Notes: generated from the letters alone by a model not told the origin. A stretch of 64,000 bases of DNA from Candidatus Binatia bacterium (GCA_963664395.2 OY761159.2:4064001-4128000), one strand, 5' to 3'. Counted from the first letter of the stretch, positions 1 through 10,121 are shown. Translations and numbers: made by a program.

Positions 1-42
1 TTTCAATGACGCTAGAGTGAGGTGGAGAGAGCGAGGCGTCCT

Positions 43-1716
43 ATGAGTACGGCCCTGAGCACCGGACGGATCGAGTTTGCGACCCAGCCTGAGCACTATC
101 GGCACTGGACCGTGTCGATTGACGGGCGGGTCGCCACCCTGGCGATGGATGTGCAGGAAGATGCGCCCCTGGTTCCGGGCTATGAGCTCAAACTCAATTC
201 GTATGACCTGGGCGTGGACATTGAACTCTACGATGCAGTTCAGCGCTTGCGCTTTGAGCATCCCGAAGTCGCCGCGGTGGTGCTCCGTTCGGCCAAGCCC
301 CAGGTCTTTTGTGCCGGGGCAAACATTCGCATGCTGGCCCAGTCTTCACACGCGCATAAGGTCAACTTTTGCAAATTCACGAACGAGACCCGCAACAGCA
401 TTGAAGACGCCAGCGCCTACTCCGGGCAGACATATATATGCGCCATTAATGGAGCTGCCTCAGGTGGTGGCTATGAACTGGCCCTGGCTTGTGAGCATAT
501 TATTCTCATTGACGATGGCGCAAGCGCGGTGGCCCTGCCCGAGTTGCCGTTGTTAGCGGTTTTGCCCGGAACCGGCGGCCTGACGCGTCTTGTTGACAAA
601 CGGCACGTGCGGCGTGATCACGCTGATTTCTTTTGTACAACGTCTGAGGGCTTGCGTGGAAAACGGGCCCGCGAGTGGAATCTGGTTGACGAACTCGCTC
701 CGCGCTCGAGTTTTGATGAAACGGTGCAAACGCGGGCTTTGACTTTTGCCGCCCAATCGGACCGTCCTGCTGACGCGGTCGGAATCTCCCTGACTCCCCT
801 GGCCCGCTCTATTGAAGACACGACCATTGCCTACGAGCATGTGACGATCGAGCTGGACCGAGCGCTGCGGACCGCCTCGTTCACGATCCACGCGCCGAGC
901 GGCGACCTGCCGCTCACACTGGAAGCCGTCCATACTGCCGGGGCGCGCTTCTGGCCCCTGGCGCTCGCGCGTGAGTTTGACGACGCCATGCTGCACTTAC
1001 GGCTGAATGAAGAAGAGATCGGGACGTGGGTTTTTCGCACAAGCGGAGAGGCCGCTTTGGTCGAAGCCGCTGACCGCCTCCTGTCCGAGCACGCGGATGA
1101 CTGGCTGATACGCGAGATTACCTTATATCTCAAACGGACCTTCCAACGTCTGGATGTAAGCGCGCGGAGCCTGATTGCTCTGATTGAGCCGGGCAGTTGT
1201 TTCGTCGGAACTCTGCTCGAACTGGCGTTGGCCGCTGACCGGTCGTATATGCTGGACGGTACGTCTGAGGGAAGTGGGCTGCCTCCGGCGGCTCTCCGTT
1301 TGACGCCCATGAACTTTGGGCCGCTACCCATGAATAACGCGCTCACCCGCCTGACCGGCCGCTTCCCGGCTCAGCCGGATCATATTGCAGAGTTGGCGGC
1401 GTATTGTGAGCGGGATATCGACGCCGAGACGGCTGACGCACTTGGGCTCGTCACTTTTACCCCGGATGATATCGACTGGGAGGACGAAGTCAGACTGGCC
1501 CTGGAAGAACGCGCCAGTTTCTCGCCCGACGCCCTCACCGGGATGGAGGCCAGCCTGCGCTTTGCCGGCCAGGAAACCCTCCAAACCAAGATATTCGGGC
1601 GTCTGAGCGCCTGGCAAAACTGGATATTTCAGCGCCCGAATGCCGTCGGCGAAGACGGGGCCTTGACGCTGTATGGCACGGGCAAACAGAGCCGTTTTCG
1701 GAAACAGAGGGTGTAG
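43..1716 (+). CDS. boxC: 2,3-epoxybenzoyl-CoA dihydrolase (crotonase-fold ring-cleavage enzyme)
   Basis: Signature segments YELKLNSYDLGVDIEL, FCAGANI, GGGYELALAC, LLAVLPGTGG, IFGRLSAWQNWIFQRPNAVG; adjacent to boxB; ATG at 43 preferred over GTG at 22. Confidence 0.93.
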   Translation: MSTALSTGRIEFATQPEHYRHWTVSIDGRVATLAMDVQEDAPLVPGYELKLNSYDLGVDIELYDAVQRLRFEHPEVAAVVLRSAKPQVFCAGANIRMLAQSSHAHKVNFCKFTNETRNSIEDASAYSGQTYICAINGAASGGGYELALACEHIILIDDGASAVALPELPLLAVLPGTGGLTRLVDKRHVRRDHADFFCTTSEGLRGKRAREWNLVDELAPRSSFDETVQTRALTFAAQSDRPADAVGISLTPLARSIEDTTIAYEHVTIELDRALRTASFTIHAPSGDLPLTLEAVHTAGARFWPLALAREFDDAMLHLRLNEEEIGTWVFRTSGEAALVEAADRLLSEHADDWLIREITLYLKRTFQRLDVSARSLIALIEPGSCFVGTLLELALAADRSYMLDGTSEGSGLPPAALRLTPMNFGPLPMNNALTRLTGRFPAQPDHIAELAAYCERDIDAETADALGLVTFTPDDIDWEDEVRLALEERASFSPDALTGMEASLRFAGQETLQTKIFGRLSAWQNWIFQRPNAVGEDGALTLYGTGKQSRFRKQRV

Positions 1717-1718
1717 CC

Positions 1719-3152
1719 ATGGCGATTGATTATACTGAGCGCATTCCGAACAATGTTGCCCTAGCCGACAACCGCCGACTCCAACGCGCTCTGGAGTCGT
1801 GGCAACCGAATTATTTACGCTGGTGGGATGAGTGTGGTCCTGAAGGCACGCAGGCGTTTGACGTCTACCTGCGAACGGCTGTCAGTGTCGAGTCCGACGG
1901 CTGGGCACATTTTGACTATGTGAAAATGTCGGACTACCGCTGGGGTATTTTCTTGGCCAATCCGCACGCAGAGCGGCGTATTGCCTTTGGTGACCATATG
2001 GGAGAGCCGGCCTGGCAGGAAGTACCAGGCGAATATCGCAGCTTATTACGCCGCCTGATCGTCACCCAAGGTGATACCGAACCTGCCTCCGTCGAACAAC
2101 AGCGCCATCTGGGCCACACCTGCCCATCACTGTATGACCTGCGCAACCTGTTTCAGATCAATGTTGAAGAGGGCCGCCATCTGTGGGCCATGGTGTACGT
2201 GCTGCACGCCTATTTTGGCCGCGATGGCCGTGAAGAAGCCGAGCTGATGCTGGAGCGCCATTCCGGTGATGTGGATAAACCGCGTATCCTGGGTGCATTC
2301 AATGAAGAGACGCCGCACTGGCTGTCCTATTTTATGTTTACCTTTTTCACCGACCGCGACGGGAAATATCAGCTCGCCTCGCTGGCCGAATCCAGCTTCG
2401 ATCCTTTAGCCCGCACCTGCCAGTTCATGCTCACGGAAGAAGCGCATCACATGTTTGTAGGTGAAACCGGTGTGATGCGGATTATCCAACGCACCTGCGC
2501 AGTCATGAACGAACTCCGGACCGATGACCCTGCGCGTATCCGGGCGGCAGGGGCCATAGACCTGCCGACCTTGCAGCGCTTCATCAATTTTCATTACAGC
2601 GTCTCGCTCGACCTGTTTGGCCAAGAACGTTCGACCAACGCCGCGGACTACTTTACGACCGGTCTCAAAGGCCGCTATCGCGAAACCCGTATCAATGACG
2701 ACCATCGTCTCACGGATCTGACCTGGCCGGTCTGTCGCCCCCAAGATGGTATTATTGGGTATGAAGAAGCTCCGGCTTTACTCGCCATTAACGAACGCTT
2801 ACGAGACGATTATATTGCCGATACGCAGCGTGGTCTGGACCGCTGGAACAAGGTGATTGAACAGCGGGGTATTGAGAGCCCGCTCCGCCTGCCACATCGT
2901 GGCTTCCACCGGCAGATTGGCGCTTTTTCTGATGTCCATATCTCTCCTCAAGGAGATATGGTTACGGCTGAAGAGTGGCAGCGTCAGCTTTCCTCCTGGC
3001 TGCCGACCGAGGAGGATCATGCCTTTGTGGTCTCGCTCATGCAGCCGGTCACCGAACCGGGTGCAATGGCGAGCTGGATCGCCCCGCCGGCCCGTGGGAT
3101 AAACAGTCAGCCCCTCGACTTTCCGTATGTGCACCATGCGGAAAACGCATAG
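1719..3152 (+). CDS. boxB: benzoyl-CoA 2,3-epoxidase diiron subunit
   Basis: IPNNV N-terminus, QGDTEPASVEQQ, diiron ExxH motifs EEGRH and EEAHH, TDRDGK; 2 nt after boxC stop. Confidence 0.95.
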   Translation: MAIDYTERIPNNVALADNRRLQRALESWQPNYLRWWDECGPEGTQAFDVYLRTAVSVESDGWAHFDYVKMSDYRWGIFLANPHAERRIAFGDHMGEPAWQEVPGEYRSLLRRLIVTQGDTEPASVEQQRHLGHTCPSLYDLRNLFQINVEEGRHLWAMVYVLHAYFGRDGREEAELMLERHSGDVDKPRILGAFNEETPHWLSYFMFTFFTDRDGKYQLASLAESSFDPLARTCQFMLTEEAHHMFVGETGVMRIIQRTCAVMNELRTDDPARIRAAGAIDLPTLQRFINFHYSVSLDLFGQERSTNAADYFTTGLKGRYRETRINDDHRLTDLTWPVCRPQDGIIGYEEAPALLAINERLRDDYIADTQRGLDRWNKVIEQRGIESPLRLPHRGFHRQIGAFSDVHISPQGDMVTAEEWQRQLSSWLPTEEDHAFVVSLMQPVTEPGAMASWIAPPARGINSQPLDFPYVHHAENA

Positions 3153-3154
3153 GT

Positions 3155-3199
3155 CAAGACAGCACTCAACAAGACGGCGTTCAACGAGACATGGTTCAA
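3155..3199 (+). repeat. three imperfect 15-bp tandem units (caagacagcactcaa / caagacggcgttcaa / cgagacatggttcaa)
   Basis: Read directly in the boxB-ligase intergenic gap. Confidence 0.6.
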
Positions 3200-3212
3200 G
3201 AGGGGAGCAGGC

Positions 3213-4913
3213 ATGCAGGCCAATACAGTGACCATTGATACTGTTGACTCTATTGATTCTGCGGGTTCATCAGCGTCCATTCGGTTTGCTCCACGTTTCA
3301 ATGTTGCCGTGGCGTTTATCGACCGGCATCTGGAAGAAGGACGGGCGCATAAGGCCGCCATCCGCACGGTCCACGGCGATGTAACCTATGGGCAGCTTGC
3401 TGAGAACGTCAATCGGTGTGGCAATGCTCTACGCTCGATGGGAGTCGAGAGCGGCAACCGGCTGTTCATGATCGTCAAAGATTGCCCTGAGTTTTTCTTT
3501 CTCTTTTGGGGCGCTATTAAGGCCGGGATTGTGCCCGTACCGGTCAACACGCTGCTCCGGGCGGCCGATTATCAATACATGATAGACGACTCCGATTGTG
3601 CGCTTGTGGTCTATTCTTCGGAGTATGCGCAGAGCGTAGAATCCGCCCTTGCCGAGGCCGAACGCAAACCTCAGTCCTTATGCGTCGCCGGGGAAGGGCG
3701 CATGGCAGGGGGAGGCTCCAGCCTGGCAGCTCGTATGCAGGCCGTGTCTGCTGAGTTGGAACCCGCACCGGCTACGGCCGAAGACGACTGCTTTTGGCTG
3801 TATTCCTCAGGCTCGACCGGCCGGCCCAAAGGTGCGGTCCACCGCCAGCGAGACATGGTGGTCACCTGTGTCCGGTACGCCCGGAGTGTCCTGGGTATGA
3901 CCGAAGATGATGTGTGTTTCTCCGCGGCCAAGCTGTTCTTTGCCTATGGTCTTGGGAACGCCATGACGTTTCCGCTCTGGTGCGGAGCCAGCGCAGTATT
4001 AAGCGATCAGCGTCCCTCGCCGGATATGACGTTTGCACTGATTGAACGTTTTCAGCCCACGCTCTATTTCGGGGTGCCGACTTTGTACGCGGCTCAATTG
4101 CTCGCCCTGGAGCAAAAAGAAGAACAAAAACAAAAACCGCGCGAGTTCCCGTCCTTACGCGCCTGTGTCTCGGCCGGCGAGGCTCTTCCGGCTGAGGTGT
4201 TCCGTCGCTGGAAAGAGTACACCGGCCTGACGATTCTGGATGGAATCGGCTCGACCGAACTGCTGCATATTTTCATTTCCAACCGCCCGGATGATTACAA
4301 GCCGGGCACCAGTGGCCGCCCGGTTCCCGGCTACGAGGCCAAGATTGTGGATGAAAGCGGGAAGCCTGTCGCTGTCGGCGATATGGGCCGCCTCCTGATT
4401 CGGGGCCAATCCGGGGCCGCCTATTACTGGAACAACCCCGAGAAGACCGCACAAACCATGCTGGGAGACTGGAACAACCCCGAGAAGACCGCACAAACCA
4501 TGCTGGGAGACTGGATCAACACCGGAGATACCTATGTCCAAGACGAAGATGGGTATTTTGCCTACTGCGGACGGGCGGATGACATGCTCAAGGTCTCGGG
4601 CCAGTGGGTCTCGCCGGCCGAAGTCGAGAGCATCCTGTTTCAACACCCGGCCGTGCTGGAGGCCGCTATTGTCGGCTGGGAAGACGACAATAGCCTGACC
4701 AAACCCAAAGCCTTTGTGGTGCTCAAAGAAGGCCGACCCGCCTCAGAAGACTTGGCCCAAGAACTGAGCGCTTTTGTTAAAGACCGCACTCTGCCGCATA
4801 AATACCCACGCTGGGTCGAATTCGTATCCGAGCTGCCTAAGACTGCGACCGGAAAAATTCAGCGCTATAAGCTGCGCACGCCTTCCTTTGGATTCCCGTT
4901 TTCACGGGAATGA
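3213..4913 (+). CDS. benzoate-CoA ligase family acyl-CoA synthetase
   Basis: YSSGSTGRPKG AMP-binding motif, AAKLFFAYGLGN (benzoate-CoA ligase family), ILDGIGSTE, GRADD, PKTATGK; follows boxCB. Confidence 0.9.
   Translation: MQANTVTIDTVDSIDSAGSSASIRFAPRFNVAVAFIDRHLEEGRAHKAAIRTVHGDVTYGQLAENVNRCGNALRSMGVESGNRLFMIVKDCPEFFFLFWGAIKAGIVPVPVNTLLRAADYQYMIDDSDCALVVYSSEYAQSVESALAEAERKPQSLCVAGEGRMAGGGSSLAARMQAVSAELEPAPATAEDDCFWLYSSGSTGRPKGAVHRQRDMVVTCVRYARSVLGMTEDDVCFSAAKLFFAYGLGNAMTFPLWCGASAVLSDQRPSPDMTFALIERFQPTLYFGVPTLYAAQLLALEQKEEQKQKPREFPSLRACVSAGEALPAEVFRRWKEYTGLTILDGIGSTELLHIFISNRPDDYKPGTSGRPVPGYEAKIVDESGKPVAVGDMGRLLIRGQSGAAYYWNNPEKTAQTMLGDWNNPEKTAQTMLGDWINTGDTYVQDEDGYFAYCGRADDMLKVSGQWVSPAEVESILFQHPAVLEAAIVGWEDDNSLTKPKAFVVLKEGRPASEDLAQELSAFVKDRTLPHKYPRWVEFVSELPKTATGKIQRYKLRTPSFGFPFSRE
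4426..4515 (+). repeat. perfect in-frame 42-bp tandem duplication (WNNPEKTAQTMLGD x2) bounded by actgga microhomology
   Basis: 4426-4467 identical to 4468-4509; actgga at 4426, 4468 and 4510. Confidence 0.95.
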
Positions 4914-4914
4914 C
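4890..4914. repeat. ATTCCC-N8-GGGAAT palindromic repeat (dRS3-like motif) supplying the ligase stop codon
   Basis: ggattcccgttttcacgggaatgac; TGA at 4911-4913 lies inside it. Confidence 0.7.
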
Positions 4915-5029
4915 AGACCGTATTGCGTCATATCTGCTAGGTATCCAGCCCCAAAAGGGGCTGGTCTTAGCCCGCTGCTTCGGTAAATTAAACGCCACGT
5001 GGATGTATAATCTGCGAGATGAAAAGCCT

Positions 5030-8000
5030 ATGCGATGTCTCCACTGTGACACTGACAATCCGGACGGCGCAAAGTTTTGTATTGAATGCGGAACTGCGCT
5101 CCGGAACCGCTGTCCTTCCTGCGGCTTTGATAATGTCGCCAGAGCCAAATTCTGCATGGAGTGCGGTACGTCGCTGACTCCTCCCCAACCCCTAATCCCC
5201 AACCCTCAACCCCCAGCCCCCAACACCTATACGCCGCCACATCTGGCCGAGCGTATCCGCGCCGAGCAGGCCGCGCTCGAAGCACGTGGAGCGGTGGATG
5301 GCGAGCGCAAAACCATTACCGCGCTGTTTGCCGATATCAAAGGCTCGATGGACCTCATTGAGGACCTCGACCCCGAAGAAGCCCGCGCCATCGTTGACCC
5401 GGCCCTGCACCTCATGATGGCTGCGGTGCATCGCTACGAAGGCTATGTGGCCCAGTCCATGGGCGATGGCATTTTTGCACTCTTTGGTGCGCCTATCGCC
5501 CATGAAGACCATGCGCAGCGTGCCTTGTTTGCCGCGTTACGCATGCAGGAAGAGGGGAAAGCCTATGCCGAACGCCTCCGTCATGACAAAGGGATCAATC
5601 TTCAGATGCGGGTGGGCGTCAACACGGGCGAGGTCGTCGTGCGCTCGATTCGCAAAGACGACCTGCACACTGACTATGTTCCGGTTGGTCATTCGACCAG
5701 TTTAGCCGCCCGCATGGAAGGGCTGGCAACGCCGGGCTCTACCGTCGCCAGTGCGTATACCCACCAGCTTACTGAGGGCTATTTCGAGTTCAAGGATTTG
5801 GGTGCGGCGAAGATCAAAGGCGTGACTGAACCCTTGCAGATTTACGAAGTCCTCGGGGTTGGCGCGCTGCGCACCCGTCTCCAGGTGTCAGCCGCGCGTG
5901 GCCTGTCTCGCTTTGTTGGTCGGAAGAAAGAACTTGACCATCTCAAACAGGTCCGCGCACAAGCGATAAACGGACAGGGCCAGATGGTCGGGGTGATGGG
6001 CGAGCCGGGAGTTGGCAAGTCCCGGCTGTTTCACGAATTCAAAGTGCTGTCTGAGAAGCACTGTCTTGTCCTCGAAACATTTTGTGCCGCCCATGGCAGC
6101 GGCTATGCGTATCTGCCCTTGATTGAGTTGCTGAGGAATTATTTCCATATTCGCCCCCAGGATGATGAACGCACGCTGCATGAAAAAGTCGCCGGACGCG
6201 TGGTTGCGCTTGAGCGTGCACTCGAAGACGGATTGCCCTATCTGCTCACCCTCTTAGGCCATTCGGAATTCACCGCGGCGCTACAGCAGATGGACCCCCA
6301 CATCCGCCAACAACGCTCCTTTGACACCATCAAACAGCTCCTGGTGCGTGAAAGCCTCAGCCAGCCGGTCGTGCTGATTTTTGAGGACCTGCAATGGCTG
6401 GACGAGGGCACGCAGGCCTTTCTGGATGACCTGAGTGAGAGCCTGGCCACCGCGCAAATGGTCCTGTTGACGAACTATCGCCCGGAGTATCGGCATGCGT
6501 GGGGCAGCAAGACCTATTACAGCCAGCTCCGACTCGATGCGCTGGGTATGGAAGAGGCCAAAGAACTCTTGGCCGTGCTCCTGGACGAAGCAAACTGGAC
6601 TGTCACCGCCGCTTCGCTGGAGCCACTCAAACAGCTCATATTGGAGAAAACAGAGGGGACGCCATTTTTTATGGAAGAAATGGTTCGGGCGCTGTTTGAC
6701 CAAGGTGTCCTGGTCCAAGGGATGGGCGGTATTGCCCTCACCAAGTCGCTTGATGAGATCCATATCCCGGCGACCGTCCAGGGAGTTCTGGCCGGTCGCA
6801 TCGACCAATTAGGCGCAGCAGAAAAAGAGCTGCTCCAGACCGCGGCAGTGATTGGCCGGGAGTTCTCGCTCAGCCTGCTGACCCAGGTCGCCCACGCGGC
6901 TGAGGAGATACTCGTGCCCCTGCTCTCCCGTTTGCAAACGGCCGAGTTTATCTATGAGCAACCCGCCTTTCCCGAAGTCGAGTATACCTTTAAGCACGCG
7001 CTCACCCAGGATGTTGCCTATGGCTCGCTGGTATCCGAACGCCGCCGGGAAGTGCACGCCCGGACGGCCCAGGCCATTGAATCCCTGTTTCACGAGCAAC
7101 TGACTGACCGCCGCCTCAGAGAACTCGCCTATCATTCGGTCCACAGCGGTAATGCGGAAAAAGCCGTCGAGTACTATCAACGCGCCGGAGAGATGGCGCT
7201 GAAGCACTCGGCGTATACGGAGGCGATTCGTGATCTCAACCATGCGCTGGACTTGCTCCCGACGCTGTCCCACACCCCGGACCGTCCGCAGCAAGAGCTG
7301 ACCCTGCTCATCTCACTCGGCTCGTGCCTGATGGCAACCAAGGGCTATGCCGCGCCCGAAGTGGAGATCGTGTACACCCGCGCCCGCGAATTGTCGCGCA
7401 CGATTGGGGACCTGCCGCAGAAGTTTCCCGTGCTTTTTGGTTTATGGCGTTTTTATCTTGTGCGTGGGGAGTATGCCGCCGCCGGGGAAGTGATTGAAAA
7501 GCTCCAACGCCTGTCCGAGTGTATGCCCGGCTCCCAGCAATTTCTGCCGGCCCAGCAGGCGCTGGGATTGACGGCCTTCCGGTTAGGCGAGTTTGCTGAC
7601 GCCAGGGTGCATCTGGAACGTGCCGTGGCCATGTATGATCCGGGTGTCCATGGCCCTGAGAATGCGCAGGGAGTGATAGGCCAAGACCCTGGTGTGGCCA
7701 GTCTGGCCTTTCTGGCCTGGATGCTGTGGCACCTCGGCTATCCCGCTCAGGCCCTCCAACGCAGCCAGGAAGCCATCGCGCTCGCACGCGAGATTTCCCA
7801 TCCGTATAGTTTGGTCTTTGCCTTGCATTTTGGAACGGCGGTCCATCGCTTTCGAGGTGAAGGGGCGATAGCCCAAACCCAGGCAGAAGGCGTTGTCGCG
7901 TTGGCGAGTGAGCAGGGATTTCCGTACTTCCAGGCCGCCGGGACCTATTTGCGCGGTTGGGCAATCGCAGAACAGGGGCAGGTAGAAGCGGGCATTGCCG

Positions 8001-8467
8001 ACATGCTGAAGGGCCGGCGCATATGGCAGGAGTCCGGTATTCGGCAGCTTGGCCAAGTGTCGCTGCTTTTGGCCGAAGCCTATCGCAAAGTCGATCGAGT
8101 CAAGGACGGCCTCGCCGTGTTGGCCGAAGCCGAAGCCGAGATGGACAAAAGTCACGAAAAATGGTGGCAGGCTGAATTGCTGCGCACGCGCGGGGAATTA
8201 TTACTCGCTTCCCAAGACGGCGAAAACAGCCCGGAAGTCACAGCCTGTTTTCAGCGCGCTATCCGGACCGCCCACAGTCAGCAGGCCAAGTCCCTGGAAC
8301 TCCGTACCTCGATTCGCCTGGCCACATTGTGGCAAGAGCACGGCAAGCCGGACGACGCATACCAACTCCTCTCGAATATCTATGGTTGGTTTACCGAGGG
8401 ATTCGATACGCCGGACCTGTGGGCCGCGAAGGAATTGCTGGATGAGCTGGCGCCCGTTCCTGCGTAG
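5030..8467 (+). CDS. double zinc ribbon + class III adenylate/guanylate cyclase + AAA/STAND-type ATPase + TPR protein
   Basis: Four CxxC pairs; cyclase motifs LFADIKGS, MGDG, RVGVNTG; Walker A GEPGVGKS, Walker B LIFEDLQW; F-H-ALTQDVAY; C-terminal GFDTPDL; ATG 5030 preferred. Confidence 0.9.
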   Translation: MRCLHCDTDNPDGAKFCIECGTALRNRCPSCGFDNVARAKFCMECGTSLTPPQPLIPNPQPPAPNTYTPPHLAERIRAEQAALEARGAVDGERKTITALFADIKGSMDLIEDLDPEEARAIVDPALHLMMAAVHRYEGYVAQSMGDGIFALFGAPIAHEDHAQRALFAALRMQEEGKAYAERLRHDKGINLQMRVGVNTGEVVVRSIRKDDLHTDYVPVGHSTSLAARMEGLATPGSTVASAYTHQLTEGYFEFKDLGAAKIKGVTEPLQIYEVLGVGALRTRLQVSAARGLSRFVGRKKELDHLKQVRAQAINGQGQMVGVMGEPGVGKSRLFHEFKVLSEKHCLVLETFCAAHGSGYAYLPLIELLRNYFHIRPQDDERTLHEKVAGRVVALERALEDGLPYLLTLLGHSEFTAALQQMDPHIRQQRSFDTIKQLLVRESLSQPVVLIFEDLQWLDEGTQAFLDDLSESLATAQMVLLTNYRPEYRHAWGSKTYYSQLRLDALGMEEAKELLAVLLDEANWTVTAASLEPLKQLILEKTEGTPFFMEEMVRALFDQGVLVQGMGGIALTKSLDEIHIPATVQGVLAGRIDQLGAAEKELLQTAAVIGREFSLSLLTQVAHAAEEILVPLLSRLQTAEFIYEQPAFPEVEYTFKHALTQDVAYGSLVSERRREVHARTAQAIESLFHEQLTDRRLRELAYHSVHSGNAEKAVEYYQRAGEMALKHSAYTEAIRDLNHALDLLPTLSHTPDRPQQELTLLISLGSCLMATKGYAAPEVEIVYTRARELSRTIGDLPQKFPVLFGLWRFYLVRGEYAAAGEVIEKLQRLSECMPGSQQFLPAQQALGLTAFRLGEFADARVHLERAVAMYDPGVHGPENAQGVIGQDPGVASLAFLAWMLWHLGYPAQALQRSQEAIALAREISHPYSLVFALHFGTAVHRFRGEGAIAQTQAEGVVALASEQGFPYFQAAGTYLRGWAIAEQGQVEAGIADMLKGRRIWQESGIRQLGQVSLLLAEAYRKVDRVKDGLAVLAEAEAEMDKSHEKWWQAELLRTRGELLLASQDGENSPEVTACFQRAIRTAHSQQAKSLELRTSIRLATLWQEHGKPDDAYQLLSNIYGWFTEGFDTPDLWAAKELLDELAPVPA
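5183..5224 (+). repeat. six heptamer units (CCCCAAC-like) encoding the Pro-rich linker
   Basis: ccccaac ccctaat ccccaac cctcaac ccccagc ccccaac; related heptamers at 8466-8494 and 17405-17432 on the opposite strand. Confidence 0.75.
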
Positions 8468-8606
8468 GGCAGGGGTTAGGGGGCAGGGGTTAGGACACTT
8501 TGTCACAAGCATTGTAAACGTCTGTCTGACTTCCTATACTCGGCCTACTTTTCCTAAAAAGGAATCAACCGTCGGAGGGACGGTATCTCTCTCGGGGAGG
8601 TTTTTT

Positions 8607-10121
8607 ATGAGCAGTAATGGCGATACGAACGGGGCGAGCATACGCGCCCGGTTGCATCATCCGGTGATAGATGCAGACGGACATTGGCTGGAGTTTGGGC
8701 CAACGGTGCGTGAACAGTTGCAAAAAATCGGCGGCGCCAAGGCAGTCGAAGGTTTCTCCGTGTTCACCAAACTTGTCCAAGAGCACTTAAGCATGTCAGT
8801 GGCTGAACGGCGTCACCAGCGTGCTGCGCAGCAGGCCTTTTGGGGGATTCCAACCAGGAATACGCGTGACCGGGCAACGGCCATGATGCCGCAGTTGCTG
8901 TATGAACGCCTGGATGAGTTCGGCATAGACTTTACTGTTCTCTATCCTACGGCTGGGCTGGGATTGACCCGCGGTAGTGATACCGAACTCCGCAAGGCGT
9001 CCTGCCGGGCGTTTAATATTTTTAGCGCAGACTATTTTCGGGCTTATGCCGATCGCATGACCCCTACGGCAGTTATTCCGATGCATACGCCCGACGAGGC
9101 CCTGGAAGAAATCGACTATGTGACCTCGCAGCTCGGCATGAAGGTTGTCATGCTGGGCAGCATGATCAAACGGCCCATCCCTGCTGCGGTTGAACAGTAT
9201 CCGGGGGCGGAAGAGCTGCTGACGTGGCGTGACGTGCTTGGCCTGGACAGCGAATACGACTACGACCCGGTCTGGGAGACCTGTGTTGAACGTGGCCTGT
9301 CGCCGACGTTTCATACCGGCTCGCGTGGCTATGCGCTACGGATTTCGCCCTCTAATTTTGTGTACAACCACATTGGCCATTTTGCCGCGGCGAACGAAGC
9401 CGTGTGTAAAGCGCTCTTTCTCGGTGGCGTCACCCGGCGTTTCCCCACGCTCAAATTCGCCTTTTTGGAGGGTGGAGTCGGCTGGGCGTGTCAGTTGTAC
9501 GCCGACCTGATTGAACATTGGGAGAAGCGGAATATCGAGGCGCTGGCAGAGGTTGATCCAGCTCATCTCGACCAGCAACTGCTGGGCGAATTGGTGCGGC
9601 AATACGGCAACGCAGACATGGCCGAGGCGTTCAAGCAGCGCGAAGCGGCCTTGGACACCGTCCTGAGTTCACAAGGCGCGACTGCCATTGGCGGTATTGA
9701 TAATCTGGACGATTTTTCGGCCTGCGAGATCACGCAGGCGTCGGACATTCATGACTTGTTTGTCAAAAATTTCTATTTTGGCTGTGAGTCGGATGACAAG
9801 ATGAACGCCTGGGCCTTCAATCGACAGTGCAATCCGTTTGGGGCGCAGCTCAATGCGCTCTTCGGTTCGGACATTGGCCATTTTGACGTTGCGAATATGA
9901 ACCAGGTGGTGCCTGAAGCGTATGAGCTGGTTGAAAAAGGTCTGGTCAGTGACGCTGGTTTTCGTGACTTTATGTGCACCAATCCAGTCCGTTTTTGGGG
10001 TGAGGCCAACCCGGACTTTTTCAAAGGAACGGCGGTCGAAGAGACCGCTAGCGCGATTCTGTCGGAGGGGACAGTCGAAACGAGGCCGAACGGTCACGCG
10101 ACGAGTCAGTTGTCGAAGTAG
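8607..10121 (+). CDS. amidohydrolase family (Amidohydro_2-like) protein
   Basis: VIDADGH, LYPT, YDPVW, FH, FAFLEGGVGW, FGSDIGH; GGAGG RBS before ATG 8607 (ORF-track start 8049 overlaps the upstream gene). Confidence 0.85.
   Translation: MSSNGDTNGASIRARLHHPVIDADGHWLEFGPTVREQLQKIGGAKAVEGFSVFTKLVQEHLSMSVAERRHQRAAQQAFWGIPTRNTRDRATAMMPQLLYERLDEFGIDFTVLYPTAGLGLTRGSDTELRKASCRAFNIFSADYFRAYADRMTPTAVIPMHTPDEALEEIDYVTSQLGMKVVMLGSMIKRPIPAAVEQYPGAEELLTWRDVLGLDSEYDYDPVWETCVERGLSPTFHTGSRGYALRISPSNFVYNHIGHFAAANEAVCKALFLGGVTRRFPTLKFAFLEGGVGWACQLYADLIEHWEKRNIEALAEVDPAHLDQQLLGELVRQYGNADMAEAFKQREAALDTVLSSQGATAIGGIDNLDDFSACEITQASDIHDLFVKNFYFGCESDDKMNAWAFNRQCNPFGAQLNALFGSDIGHFDVANMNQVVPEAYELVEKGLVSDAGFRDFMCTNPVRFWGEANPDFFKGTAVEETASAILSEGTVETRPNGHATSQLSK

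Noticed and set aside
3155-3199. Mini CRISPR array
   Set aside because: The units are 15 bp, degenerate and lack spacers; no cas genes.
8049-8606. N-terminal extension of the amidohydrolase ORF (690 aa)
   Set aside because: It overlaps the cyclase gene in another frame; a strong RBS and family start lie at 8607.
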